Below are positions 7,415 through 15,976 of a stretch of DNA of 42,297 nt, piece by piece. A program made the position numbers and the translations under genes. Source of the DNA: a virus. Under the pieces are notes generated by a model. It was not told where the DNA came from, did no database searches, and was given only the letters and a program-made list of their open reading frames with translations. The DNA lies in UHGV virus genome UHGV-1359479. One strand, given 5' to 3'. Each line of letters opens with the position of its first letter. Positions within the stretch are counted from its first letter, which is position 1.

Positions 7415-7938
7415 GTGACGAGCAAACGAGAAAGACTTACGCAATCAGGGGCATGCTGGACGCCCTTGGGCGCAACATCAGTGTGGCAGGACTGAGCCTG
7501 TGGAGCATCGTCCTGCGGGACATCCCAGCGACGGTGGTAGAGCAGGGAGTCGTGCATTATCTCTCCTCGAGCGAGTCCGAGTATGCGACGCCGTCGAAGT
7601 TTAGGCAGTTTCTGCTGCGTATGCAGGGCAGGGGCATCCCCGACACCAAGGCCGCTGCTGCCCTGGAGTGGGAAAAGCTCATCAAGGCCATCACGGACTA
7701 CGGCTCGTACAACTGCCCTGAGCTCCCCGAAGCGACGGCCCGTGTCGTTGAGTCCATGGGCGGATGGGGAGCCGTTTGCCAGTGGACGACCCCGCAGCTC
7801 GAGTTCAAGAGACGCGAGTTCGTGGAGGCGTGGAGGGCCATCAGGGACTCCGAGGCGGAAGAGACAACAGCTCTGCCTGGTTCAACCTGCAGCACCGCCA
7901 TTCCCCGCCGCGGAGGTGAAGCATGCCTGCCTCGCTGA
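7411..7938 (+). CDS. hypothetical replication-module protein, 175 aa
   Basis: Translationally coupled between the initiator and SSB. Confidence 0.45.
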   Translation: MSDEQTRKTYAIRGMLDALGRNISVAGLSLWSIVLRDIPATVVEQGVVHYLSSSESEYATPSKFRQFLLRMQGRGIPDTKAAAALEWEKLIKAITDYGSYNCPELPEATARVVESMGGWGAVCQWTTPQLEFKRREFVEAWRAIRDSEAEETTALPGSTCSTAIPRRGGEACLPR

Positions 7939-8324
7939 ATGCTGTGCATCTCATCGGCCGACTCGGGCGCGACCCCGAGGCCTTCCACATTGGCCAGGAC
8001 ACCCTTGCCCGCTTCAACATCGCGACCGACGACGGCTACAAGTCATCTGATGGGCAGAGGGTCGAGCGAGTGACCTGGCACACCGTCACAGCCCACGGGG
8101 CCACGGCTAACTTTTGCCTCAAGTACCTTCATAAGGGCGAGCTCGTGTACGTGCAGGGGGCGTACATCTCTCGGAAGTACCGGACAAAGGACGGGAGAGA
8201 TGCCGTCGCATGGGGCGTGTCAGCATCGCGCGTGCAGTTCCTCGACGGCTCCGAACGGGGAGCCCAGAATCGGAACTGTCATGACCACCAGCAGGGAGGA
8301 TACGACGATGACTGGAGGAACTAA
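7923..8324 (+). CDS. ssb: single-stranded DNA-binding protein, copy 1
   Basis: Has an OB-fold SSB pattern (LIGRLGRDPE, ERVTWH, LHKGELVYVQG) and an acidic C-terminal tail ending DDDW. Confidence 0.8.
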   Translation: MPASLNAVHLIGRLGRDPEAFHIGQDTLARFNIATDDGYKSSDGQRVERVTWHTVTAHGATANFCLKYLHKGELVYVQGAYISRKYRTKDGRDAVAWGVSASRVQFLDGSERGAQNRNCHDHQQGGYDDDWRN

Positions 8325-8406
8325 GACTCCCACTCCCACAGAGCACGAGGAGCAGGCATCTCCAGCTATGTCATTAGACGGCGCTCATGATGAGGAAACC
8401 GAATGA
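8308..8406 (+). pseudogene. truncated remnant of a VRR-NUC gene marking a recombination junction
   Basis: The peptide MTGGTKTPTPTEHEEQAS matches the N-terminus of the intact VRR-NUC protein at 11480 (TSGKAPTPTEHEEQAA) and then diverges. Confidence 0.55.
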
Positions 8407-8687
8407 AAAGACTAGCCCGATACCGACTGAAGAACCCAGACTTCTATGCCGTCCAGTACGATGGCTTAAATGGGGAAGACTTGACGGCCGATCTGGTGCT
8501 CTTGGGGAATAAGCTGTTCGGATGGTGGGAGATCGAAGGCGAGATCGGGATGGAAACGGATAAGAACGCTTTGCATCTGAAGATAGGAGACTGGCTCGTA
8601 TGGAGTCCGACGGGCGAAACCAGAGTCTACGACGACGCGAAGTTCTCCGAGATCTTCGAGAAGACAACGCCGGAGACCCACCGATGA
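8403..8687 (+). CDS. hypothetical protein, 94 aa
   Basis: ORF overlapping the downstream gene start by 4 nt (ATGA). Confidence 0.4.
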   Translation: MKRLARYRLKNPDFYAVQYDGLNGEDLTADLVLLGNKLFGWWEIEGEIGMETDKNALHLKIGDWLVWSPTGETRVYDDAKFSEIFEKTTPETHR

Positions 8688-8962
8688 CCCCGCAATTTTC
8701 CAAGCACGCCCATGCCAGGCTGCAAAGCAGGCATGTCGACCCAGTCCTTGTCGCCAAAGCGCTGACAGACGGCATCGTCGTCAGTGAAACAACCGGGGCG
8801 ATCACCTTCAAGCGCAACCGGCTTTTTGTCGTCATGTCCCGTGACATGTCTACAGTCGTCACGGTCTACAAGCAGAGGAGATGCACGGTGAAGCGAGACA
8901 GAAGAGAGCGAAAAAAACAAAATCGCAGGCTGAAAAAACTCATGGGGGGCAAGCTGGCATGA
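8684..8962 (+). CDS. DUF4258-like small protein with a strongly basic C-terminal tail (toxin-like fold)
   Basis: The N-terminal FSKHAHARLQSRHV and the ...TVVTVYK pattern are typical of DUF4258. Confidence 0.45.
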   Translation: MTPQFSKHAHARLQSRHVDPVLVAKALTDGIVVSETTGAITFKRNRLFVVMSRDMSTVVTVYKQRRCTVKRDRRERKKQNRRLKKLMGGKLA

Positions 8963-9285
8963 GTGACGAGCACGGAAGCTTCATTATGTATACCGAGTCA
9001 TGGAGTGGCATACAGCTCCTGTCAAGGGAACAGCGGGGGGGGGACCTTCTCACTGCTCTGATGGTGTTCCATGGCGCCGATGACTGCGAGATGCCGGAGA
9101 TGGATCAGGCCACGGCATGTATCTTCGAGATGGTAAAGCGGAAAAACTCTTCATCCTGTTCACGGGACGAGAGAGTCCGCGAGCAGACGCGCGAACGCGT
9201 TCGTCGGTTCAGGGCAAGGAAGAAGGCGGCCGCCGCAGGGACATCAGAGACCATGGAGGAGGCGCATCATGCCGATGGCGTATAG
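8959..9285 (+). CDS. hypothetical protein, 108 aa, containing a G9 homopolymer at 9035-9043
   Basis: ORF overlapping the upstream gene by 4 nt (ATGA). The G9 tract encodes RGG. Confidence 0.4.
   Translation: MSDEHGSFIMYTESWSGIQLLSREQRGGDLLTALMVFHGADDCEMPEMDQATACIFEMVKRKNSSSCSRDERVREQTRERVRRFRARKKAAAAGTSETMEEAHHADGV
9035..9043 (+). repeat. G9 homopolymer inside the 8959..9285 ORF
   Basis: Seen in the sequence. Confidence 0.9.
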
Positions 9286-10321
9286 CTGGTTCCGAGTCTA
9301 CACAGGGACAGTAAATGACAAAAAATGGCCACGCATTGCCCGAGATGCTGGTCAGCCTGTCGGGTGTGTCGTGTCCGTGTGGCTGGCTCTTCTGGAGAGT
9401 GCATCATCTAATATAGATCGTGGGGCAGTTGACGACTTCTGCCCTGAGGATATCGACGCCCTCTACGGGTACGATGATGGCACGACGGAGAGCATCGTAC
9501 ATGCGATGCGAGACAGGGGGCTTATCTCTCCAGAGAACCGTCTGACTGCATGGGACAAGCGTCAGAATATCCCCACGGAAGATGCCCCCGAGGACCGCAG
9601 GGCATACAAGAGGGAGTGGGCCCGCAGGAAGAGAGAGGAGAGCCGGATGGCTGATTCTCCTGCTAGTGGACAGCCTGTAGACAGCTGTAGACAGCCTGTA
9701 GACAGCTGTGGACAGCCTGTAGACAGCTGTAGACAGCCTGTAGACAGCTGTAGACACGATAAAGAGAAGATAAGAGAAGATAAGATAAGAGAAGATAATA
9801 TAAATACACCCCCCTTATCCCCCCAGGGGGAAACGGGTGTGGGTGAAGCACCTTCTCCCAAAACTTCTTCCCCAAAAGAAGAAACCCCTAAGACCGGGGA
9901 AGAACCCCAGGCCGAAGACCCGGCACAAGACGTGAAGCCGAATCTCACTCACGGCAACCCCTGCTGGAAGGAGTTCTGCTACGTCTTTTCTCTCTGGCCC
10001 GTACAACAGGGCAAGGAGAAGGCGTGGAGGGAGTACGCCTACCTCAGGGCACGTCACCTCGTCCCTGAGTCCTACGCCCTTGCGGAGATCATCGAGCGCT
10101 TCAAGGCCGAGGATCGACGATGGAAGCGCGGCTACGTGCCAATGATGGCCAACTGGCTCCACGACCGGAGATGGGACGACGTACCGGAGAAAGCGCCGGC
10201 AAAGAGCTACGCCCCGGATGAGAACGGGTCCACGCCCTACGTGGACGAGCATGACCAAGATTACACGTCTTCGGGCTTTGGTTCGATTTTTGACTCGTTG
10301 AAGGAGAAAGCAAATGCGTAA
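9269..10321 (+). CDS. replication initiator / replisome organiser B, a paralogue of 6347..7414, with its own iterons
   Basis: Homologous N- and C-terminal segments. Internal tandem repeats encode QPVDSCR repeats. Confidence 0.65.
   Translation: MPMAYSWFRVYTGTVNDKKWPRIARDAGQPVGCVVSVWLALLESASSNIDRGAVDDFCPEDIDALYGYDDGTTESIVHAMRDRGLISPENRLTAWDKRQNIPTEDAPEDRRAYKREWARRKREESRMADSPASGQPVDSCRQPVDSCGQPVDSCRQPVDSCRHDKEKIREDKIREDNINTPPLSPQGETGVGEAPSPKTSSPKEETPKTGEEPQAEDPAQDVKPNLTHGNPCWKEFCYVFSLWPVQQGKEKAWREYAYLRARHLVPESYALAEIIERFKAEDRRWKRGYVPMMANWLHDRRWDDVPEKAPAKSYAPDENGSTPYVDEHDQDYTSSGFGSIFDSLKEKANA
9668..9756. repeat. iteron array B, four copies of a roughly 21-bp CAGCCTGTAGACAGCTGTAGA unit
   Basis: Direct repeats seen in the sequence, inside the gene. 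Confidence 0.7.
9757..9805. repeat. A-rich AGATAAGAGA-type short repeats (possible DNA-unwinding element), followed by the conserved C-tract element at 9806-9848
   Basis: The sequence reads GATAAAGAGAAGATAAGAGAAGATAAGATAAGAGAAGATAATATAAAT. Confidence 0.5.
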
Positions 10322-11108
10322 AATGGAAGCCCTTTTCCGGGCAAAGGATATGCGCCCGGCTATATGCCAGAGGCACGGAGAGTACATCTCGTACCTCCTC
10401 CCCTGCCAGCACAAAGAAATCTGGAGCCGGTGCCCCGAGTGTGAGAAAGAGCTTCAGCTCGAGAAGGATCTCCACGAAGAAGCCAACGCCCGCGCCGAGA
10501 TTGCTGCATGGCGCATTGAGCAGCTCATGGGTCAGGCCTGTATCCCGCCGAGATTCGCGAACCGGAGCTTTGAGAATTTCCGCACAGACGAGGACGACCA
10601 AAAAATGGCCCTCCGCGCATGCATGAGCTACGCCGTGACCGGATGGGAAGACACGATGAAAACCGGCCGGAGCCTCTGCATCCTCGGCCGCCCCGGTACA
10701 GGGAAAACGCACCTCGCCGCCGCGATGGTGCGATCCGTCATCAGCCGGGGGTTCCCCGCCGTGTACGTCAGGGAGGCGGACATCTTCCGCCGCATCAAGG
10801 AGACGTACATGTCGCGGACTGTGAGCGAACGGCAGGCCATGGCCGATTTCGTGAAGCCGGCCCTGCTCGTGATTGACGAGGTTGGCAGGCAGTACGGCAC
10901 GCCTGCGGAGCGCTTCATGTTTTTTGACGTCATTGACAGACGCTACGAGAACATGAAGCCAACGATTCTCATCTCGAACCTGGACAAGACCCATTTCCGC
11001 GAGCTGCTTGGCCTCTCTCTCTTCTCGCGCCTCGCAGAGGGCGGAGGGCAGCTTCTCGTCCTTGCTGGCAAGGATATGAGACTGGAGGCCAGTCATGGCG
11101 TCGCTTAA
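10314..11108 (+). CDS. DnaC/IstB-like AAA+ helicase loader with an N-terminal Cys-rich zinc ribbon
   Basis: Walker A is GRPGTGKTHLAAAM and Walker B is LLVIDEVG. Confidence 0.8.
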   Translation: MRKMEALFRAKDMRPAICQRHGEYISYLLPCQHKEIWSRCPECEKELQLEKDLHEEANARAEIAAWRIEQLMGQACIPPRFANRSFENFRTDEDDQKMALRACMSYAVTGWEDTMKTGRSLCILGRPGTGKTHLAAAMVRSVISRGFPAVYVREADIFRRIKETYMSRTVSERQAMADFVKPALLVIDEVGRQYGTPAERFMFFDVIDRRYENMKPTILISNLDKTHFRELLGLSLFSRLAEGGGQLLVLAGKDMRLEASHGVA

Positions 11109-11499
11109 CAACGTCACCCTCATCGGCCTCCTCGGTCGTGACCCTGAGGAGGTGCATGCAGGACAGAGCCGCTTCGCACGCCTCTCCGTGGCCACGGATG
11201 ACGGATACCGTGACCAGAACGGCCAGAAGGTGGAGCGTACCACCTGGCACTCCGTGGCTGTGAGCGGGAAGACGGCGGATTTCGTGCTCAGGTATCTGCA
11301 CAAGGGAAGTCAGGTCCTCGTGGAGGGCCGGTATCTGTCACGTAAGTACCAGACCAAGGACGGCCGAGACGCCGTGTCCTGGTACGTGCAGGCGCAGCGG
11401 GTGCAGTCCCTCGACTCCGCCCACCACGACGGACAGCAGGGCCAGAGACAGCAGGGGCACCAGCAGGGAGGCGGTTACGATGAGTCGTGGAAGTACTAG
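11095..11499 (+). CDS. ssb: single-stranded DNA-binding protein, copy 2
   Basis: Paralogue of 7923..8324, with an acidic C-terminal tail. Confidence 0.8.
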   Translation: MASLNNVTLIGLLGRDPEEVHAGQSRFARLSVATDDGYRDQNGQKVERTTWHSVAVSGKTADFVLRYLHKGSQVLVEGRYLSRKYQTKDGRDAVSWYVQAQRVQSLDSAHHDGQQGQRQQGHQQGGGYDESWKY

Positions 11500-11878
11500 C
11501 GGGAAGGCCCCCACCCCCACCGAGCACGAGGAGCAGGCCGCTCTCATCACATGGTGGAACATGTACGCTCAGGCGCGGCATATGCCGAACTTCCTGCTTA
11601 TGGCCATCCCCAACGGCGGCCACCGCACGACAGTGACAGGCGCAAGGCTCCATGCCGAGGGTGTGAGGGCCGGTATCCCAGACCTCTTCCTCGCTGTCGC
11701 CAGTGGGGAGTGGCACGGCCTCTGGATCGAAATGAAGCGCCGGAGAGGTGGCTTCCTGTCCGACCATCAGAGAACGGCTCTTCTGGCCCTGAAGCTCGAG
11801 GGATACTCCACGGCCGTATGCTACGGCTGGGATGAGGCCAGAGAAGCCATCGTAGATTATCTGGGGGACGAGAGATGA
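11480..11878 (+). CDS. VRR-NUC domain nuclease
   Basis: Shows TEHEEQAALI...IPNGG...GIPDL...IEMK...Q, the VRR-NUC signature. Confidence 0.65.
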   Translation: MSRGSTSGKAPTPTEHEEQAALITWWNMYAQARHMPNFLLMAIPNGGHRTTVTGARLHAEGVRAGIPDLFLAVASGEWHGLWIEMKRRRGGFLSDHQRTALLALKLEGYSTAVCYGWDEAREAIVDYLGDER

Positions 11879-12144
11879 TAAGCCGATCAAAAATCTGGAC
11901 TCCGGTGGCTGATATGATGCTCGCCGCTCTCTGTCTGTCGGGGACGCCGGCCTGCGACATCGCCAGAGCGCTGAACCGCTCCGAGAAGGAGTGCCGCAGG
12001 CGGGCGAAGGAACTCGGCACGGCAATGCCGCCCAAACCCAAGCCTTACAGCCCCTCTTTTACCTCCGACGAGGAAGACACGTTTCTCCCCGGGAGGGAAG
12101 ACTTCGCCGATGACCTGACGGAGGTGCTGCATGTGGACGCCTGA
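11875..12144 (+). CDS. GcrA-like HTH domain protein, small
   Basis: Has a W...G..IA..L.RS..EC.RRA..LG motif. Confidence 0.45.
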   Translation: MISRSKIWTPVADMMLAALCLSGTPACDIARALNRSEKECRRRAKELGTAMPPKPKPYSPSFTSDEEDTFLPGREDFADDLTEVLHVDA

Positions 12145-12706
12145 CCGTGACGCCGAGCTGCGCAGGATCGGAGTGGAGACGTATATCAGCCGGCACCCCG
12201 GAGCTGACGTGCACGAGGTGCTGGACCGCTACCTGCTCCTCCTTGACCCCGAGGGACGCGCCGCCCTGCTCAGGGAGAAGAACCGGGCCATCGAGACGGG
12301 GAAGTGGACGCCGCCGCGCCGGAAAACGGGGCCCAAGCCAGCCCCTCCCTGTCCCCCGAAGCCAGGCACAGTGCCGGCTGCCATCCGTACCGACAGTCCC
12401 CAGTGGCCGGCAGATACCGTCGAGAGACTAAAGACGATGCGCGCCAGAGGACTGACGGCCGCTGAGATCGCCGTCATCCTGGGGAAAACCGAGCCGGCCG
12501 TGGCCATGAAATGCGCCAAGCTCCATATCCCTTCCGCCGCTGGCCTTACGGCACAGGCATGGACTATGGAGCAGGTCCAGAGTCTTCGCGGCATGTACGG
12601 GCGGGGCTTCACGGCCCCGCAGATAGCGAAAGCCATGGGCCGGACGGTCAAATCTGTCTACGGAATGATGTACAGGCTCGGGCTTTCCAGAGACAGGAAG
12701 AGATGA
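12131..12706 (+). CDS. GcrA-like DNA-binding regulator with repeated W..L..G.TA.EIA..LG... modules
   Basis: WTMEQVQSLRGMYGRGFTAPQIAKAMGRTVKSVYGMMYRLGL matches the GcrA N-terminal domain. Two further degenerate copies are present. Confidence 0.55.
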   Translation: MWTPDRDAELRRIGVETYISRHPGADVHEVLDRYLLLLDPEGRAALLREKNRAIETGKWTPPRRKTGPKPAPPCPPKPGTVPAAIRTDSPQWPADTVERLKTMRARGLTAAEIAVILGKTEPAVAMKCAKLHIPSAAGLTAQAWTMEQVQSLRGMYGRGFTAPQIAKAMGRTVKSVYGMMYRLGLSRDRKR

Positions 12707-12729
12707 CCATTTTTAAGGAGTGATTTGAT

Positions 12730-13053
12730 ATGAAAATCATGATTAGTCAGCCTATGGCGGGAAAAGAATACGACGAAGTTTTGCGGGAGAGAGAAAAAAC
12801 AGTCCGGAAACTGGAGGCCATGGGCCACACGGTGGCGGATACCGTCCTGATGGTTGAACCGCCGGATGAAGGCAATGTGCGCCTTTTTTATCTCTCTTAC
12901 TCTCTAAACCTGATGTCTCAGTGTGACGGGGTTCTCTTCCTTCCCGGCTGGGAGGAAGCCCGCGGGTGCCGTATCGAGCATGAAGCCGCCGTGGGCTACG
13001 ACCTGAAGGTTTTTTACTCTCTGGACGAAGTGAAGGAGGCCTCCCATGACTAG
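12730..13053 (+). CDS. DUF4406 / nucleoside 2-deoxyribosyltransferase-like protein
   Basis: Has the C-terminal GWEEARGCRIEHEAAVGYDL motif. Confidence 0.45.
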   Translation: MKIMISQPMAGKEYDEVLREREKTVRKLEAMGHTVADTVLMVEPPDEGNVRLFYLSYSLNLMSQCDGVLFLPGWEEARGCRIEHEAAVGYDLKVFYSLDEVKEASHD

Positions 13054-13393
13054 GCAGGAGTGTCTTGACGCCGCCGCTAAGGCGGTTCTTACAGACAGGG
13101 CCCGTGAGTACGGGCATCCCGAAGACAGCTTCGGTCTTATCGCGGCCCTCTGGAGCCGCTACACAGGGTGCGACATCTCCACCGCGGATGTAGCCGCCAT
13201 GATGATCCTCCTGAAGCTCGCCCGCGTGGAGGGGAACCCCAGGCATGCGGACAGCTGGGTGGATATAGCCGGGTACGCGGCATGTGGAGCTGAGTGCGCT
13301 GCCGCTATGTCCGGATGCGAGCGCGTAGGCGGTGTGGACTATGCCCCGGGGCGTATAGCCCCGAAGACGGGCCGGGAGGATAGCGATGAATAG
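13046..13393 (+). CDS. hypothetical phage protein (DUF6378-like)
   Basis: ORF with the pattern HPEDSFGLIAALWSRY...DVAAMMILLKLAR. Confidence 0.35.
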   Translation: MTRQECLDAAAKAVLTDRAREYGHPEDSFGLIAALWSRYTGCDISTADVAAMMILLKLARVEGNPRHADSWVDIAGYAACGAECAAAMSGCERVGGVDYAPGRIAPKTGREDSDE

Positions 13394-13670
13394 CATTATC
13401 ACTGTCATGAGGACGGTTACTGATCTGGGGGCTAGTGAGTGTGATCTGTTGGTGGCGCTGGCCGACCGCGTGAAGGCCGCGGAGAATAAGCATCCCGACT
13501 TCTCCGATGGGATATACCAGGGAGTAGGTGTCATCGGCGAAGAGTACGGGGAGCTTTGTCAGGCGCTGAACAAAAATCAGGGGGAGGAGCGTGTCATGGA
13601 TGAGGCGCTTGACCTGCTCTGTGTCGTCTGGCGCTTCTGCCGGGGAGACTGGAGGCAGAAGAAGTGCTGA
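13386..13670 (+). CDS. MazG-like all-alpha nucleotide pyrophosphohydrolase (small)
   Basis: Paired EE..GEL and E..DEALDLL motifs. Confidence 0.4.
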   Translation: MNSIITVMRTVTDLGASECDLLVALADRVKAAENKHPDFSDGIYQGVGVIGEEYGELCQALNKNQGEERVMDEALDLLCVVWRFCRGDWRQKKC

Positions 13671-14488
13671 CAGCTTTTATCTATCCCGGGGGAAAAGTAA
13701 AAATCTCGTCATGGGTGACTTCTTTTTTCCCCCGCCACCGGATCTACGTCGAGCCTTTCGGTGGTGCCGCTGGCGTTCTCCTGAACAAGGAACCCTCTCC
13801 GCTGGAAGTGTACAACGATTTGAACAGCGATTTAGTTACTTTTTTCAGTGTGTTACGCGATAAGGAGAAATCCGCGGAGCTTATCCGGCGGCTGAGGCTG
13901 ACGCCGTACGCCAGAGAAGAGTACTATAGCTTCTACCCCATGCCGGCGGAAGGTGATGATATAGAGAGGGCGCGGGCTCTGATCGTCAGGGCTGGTATGG
14001 GAATCGGCATGCGCATGACGGTATCAGATAGCAGACCCGGCTTTGCGGCTGATAACAAAAAAATCAGGAAAAACGCAAAAGTTTTTGTAAACCGCGTTGA
14101 AAAAATGTCCGAGATTGCGGAGCGGTTCCGCTCCGTGGTCATTGAGTGCAGAGACGCGCTGGAGCTTATCCCCCGGTATGACTCCCCCGACACGCTGTGG
14201 TATATGGATCCGCCGTATCACTGCAGGTACTCCTTCCGGTACCCAGCTACCATTGATCAGGAGGCCATGCTTGGCGTCTTTAAAAAAGTCAGTGGGTACG
14301 TCGTCCTCTCTGGGTACATGAGTGAGCTGTACGCCGACGAGCTGGCAGGCTGGCATATAGAGACGCGCACGCACCATAACTTTACGAATAAAAAAACAAA
14401 AGAATGCCTCTGGCTGTCTCCGCGCACGTGGGACGCGCTCCAGCGGGAGCGTGACCCCGGGGTGCTAAGACTGGAGGACGTGTCATGA
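13664..14488 (+). CDS. orphan N6-adenine DNA methyltransferase (D12/Dam class)
   Basis: Motif I is EPFGGAAGV and motif IV is DPPY. Confidence 0.75.
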   Translation: MLTAFIYPGGKVKISSWVTSFFPRHRIYVEPFGGAAGVLLNKEPSPLEVYNDLNSDLVTFFSVLRDKEKSAELIRRLRLTPYAREEYYSFYPMPAEGDDIERARALIVRAGMGIGMRMTVSDSRPGFAADNKKIRKNAKVFVNRVEKMSEIAERFRSVVIECRDALELIPRYDSPDTLWYMDPPYHCRYSFRYPATIDQEAMLGVFKKVSGYVVLSGYMSELYADELAGWHIETRTHHNFTNKKTKECLWLSPRTWDALQRERDPGVLRLEDVS

Positions 14489-14512
14489 GCATTTCACCCG
14501 GAAAGGCGGCCT

Positions 14513-14800
14513 TTGTTTTTTTTCTTTGCGTTATTTTTGGGCTGTTGCATAATTCTTGGCATTGGAGGTGTTAATATGCTTAGCATTATTCTTGGTTTTG
14601 TGTTTTTTTGTTTGGTTGTTTGGTGTTTTTTCGCGTTGGCTGCGTGTGGATTCCTTCAGATAATAGTGTATGCTGCCTCTTTCCTGATCGGGCTCGGGAT
14701 TCTTGCTTTTGCCAACACTGGATTACTTACGTCAATACTGGGTCTTGCCTTTATTGTGATCCCGAACTGGATTGCTAGTAATTATTTCTCCGACAACTAG
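14513..14800 (+). CDS. AT-rich small hydrophobic membrane protein (holin/antiholin-like or moron)
   Basis: Predicted to have about 3 TM segments. It lies in a low-GC island. Confidence 0.4.
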   Translation: MFFFFALFLGCCIILGIGGVNMLSIILGFVFFCLVVWCFFALAACGFLQIIVYAASFLIGLGILAFANTGLLTSILGLAFIVIPNWIASNYFSDN

Positions 14801-14808
14801 TACGCGCT

Positions 14809-15054
14809 GTGATTCTGCACTCCTGCCCATACTGCGGATGTCCCGACGTCTACCTGGCTGATACTGACGGCGGCGGGCGGACTGTCGCCTGCCCCTCATG
14901 CGGGATGTCGGGCCCTGAGAGTGTTGATGGTGATGACGAGGAGGCCGCGCGCGGCTGGGAGATACTATGCGGCCGGATGTGCCGGCATTGTAACCGGCAA
15001 CTTGTAAAAATTCTGAAGGAGCTTAAAAATGGAAAGTATCGACATACCGATTAA
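14809..15054 (+). CDS. zinc-ribbon protein, Lar-family-like (restriction alleviation)
   Basis: CPYCG...ACPSCGMSGPES...AARGWEIL resembles the Lar family. Confidence 0.4.
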   Translation: MILHSCPYCGCPDVYLADTDGGGRTVACPSCGMSGPESVDGDDEEAARGWEILCGRMCRHCNRQLVKILKELKNGKYRHTD

Positions 15055-15075
15055 AATAAATTCAGGAGGAGCGAG

Positions 15076-15654
15076 ATGAGCGAAGCCGCATACCTCAAAG
15101 CATTGAAGTTTACGTTCGCCCACGAGGGCGAGTACTCCAATGACCCGACAGACTCAGGCGGGCCCACTAAATGGGGGGTAAGCCAGCAGTCGATCAATGA
15201 CATGCTGGCCTCTGACTCCGCCTTCCTGCGGTCGATTGGCATCACCTCGTCTTCGGTAGCCGCGATGAAGCAGATTACCAGAGACCAGGCTGCAGCCATC
15301 TTTCGCCATGAGCACTGGGAGCCGCTCAGGTGCGACGCTATGCCTGACAGTATCGCCATCGCCGTTTTCGACTTTGGGATGAACGCCGGGAATCACCAGT
15401 CCATCCGCACGCTCCAGCGGGCCTTTAACCGGACCCATGTCGGAGAAGGGCTCCTTTCCGTCGATGGCTACATCGGACCGAATACGCTAAGGGCGGCCGC
15501 ACAGATGGATAACTCCAGAGACATAAGGCTCCTTCTTGATGCGAGGCAGGATTTCTATGACGGCCTCGTGGCTAAGAAACCCCGGAAGTACAGCCCCTTC
15601 ATCCGTGGCTGGACAAAGCGGGTCAATGACCTCCGGAAGTATCTGGGGGTGTGA
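15076..15654 (+). CDS. endolysin: GH108 lysozyme domain plus a peptidoglycan-binding domain
   Basis: FAHEGEYSNDPTDSGGPTKWGV is the GH108 N-terminal signature. Confidence 0.8.
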   Translation: MSEAAYLKALKFTFAHEGEYSNDPTDSGGPTKWGVSQQSINDMLASDSAFLRSIGITSSSVAAMKQITRDQAAAIFRHEHWEPLRCDAMPDSIAIAVFDFGMNAGNHQSIRTLQRAFNRTHVGEGLLSVDGYIGPNTLRAAAQMDNSRDIRLLLDARQDFYDGLVAKKPRKYSPFIRGWTKRVNDLRKYLGV

Positions 15655-15655
15655 C

Positions 15656-15976
15656 GTGCGGCTCGTGATTATCAGCTACGCCCTGCTTGTCTCAGTATGC
15701 TGCGCTCTCTGGTGGGGGCTCCATCAGACACGGCAGGAGCTCGAGGCGTGCAGGGCTGAGCTCGGAGCTGTGCAGGAGCAAAAAGAGATGCTTGCTGATG
15801 CCATGAAGGCAAGGAGAGAAGCTGATGAGCAGGCCGATAAAAGAACTTCTCAGACAGAGCAGGCTCTGGACCGTAATCGCGACTGGTCTCAGTGTCCTCT
15901 GCCTGATGACATCGTGCGCACCCTCAACGAAGCCTGTATGTCCGGCCCCGCCTCTGGAACTGCTGGCTCCCATTGA
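15656..15976 (+). CDS. i-spanin (Rz-like) with a GTG start
   Basis: N-terminal TM (VRLVIISYALLVSVCCALWW) followed by a coiled coil. Confidence 0.55.
   Translation: MRLVIISYALLVSVCCALWWGLHQTRQELEACRAELGAVQEQKEMLADAMKARREADEQADKRTSQTEQALDRNRDWSQCPLPDDIVRTLNEACMSGPASGTAGSH

Noticed and set aside
9660-9760. Tandem 21-bp direct repeats that could be mistaken for a CRISPR array.
   Set aside because: There are no unique spacers and the units abut directly. They lie inside the replication initiator ORF and encode a peptide repeat, so they are iterons.
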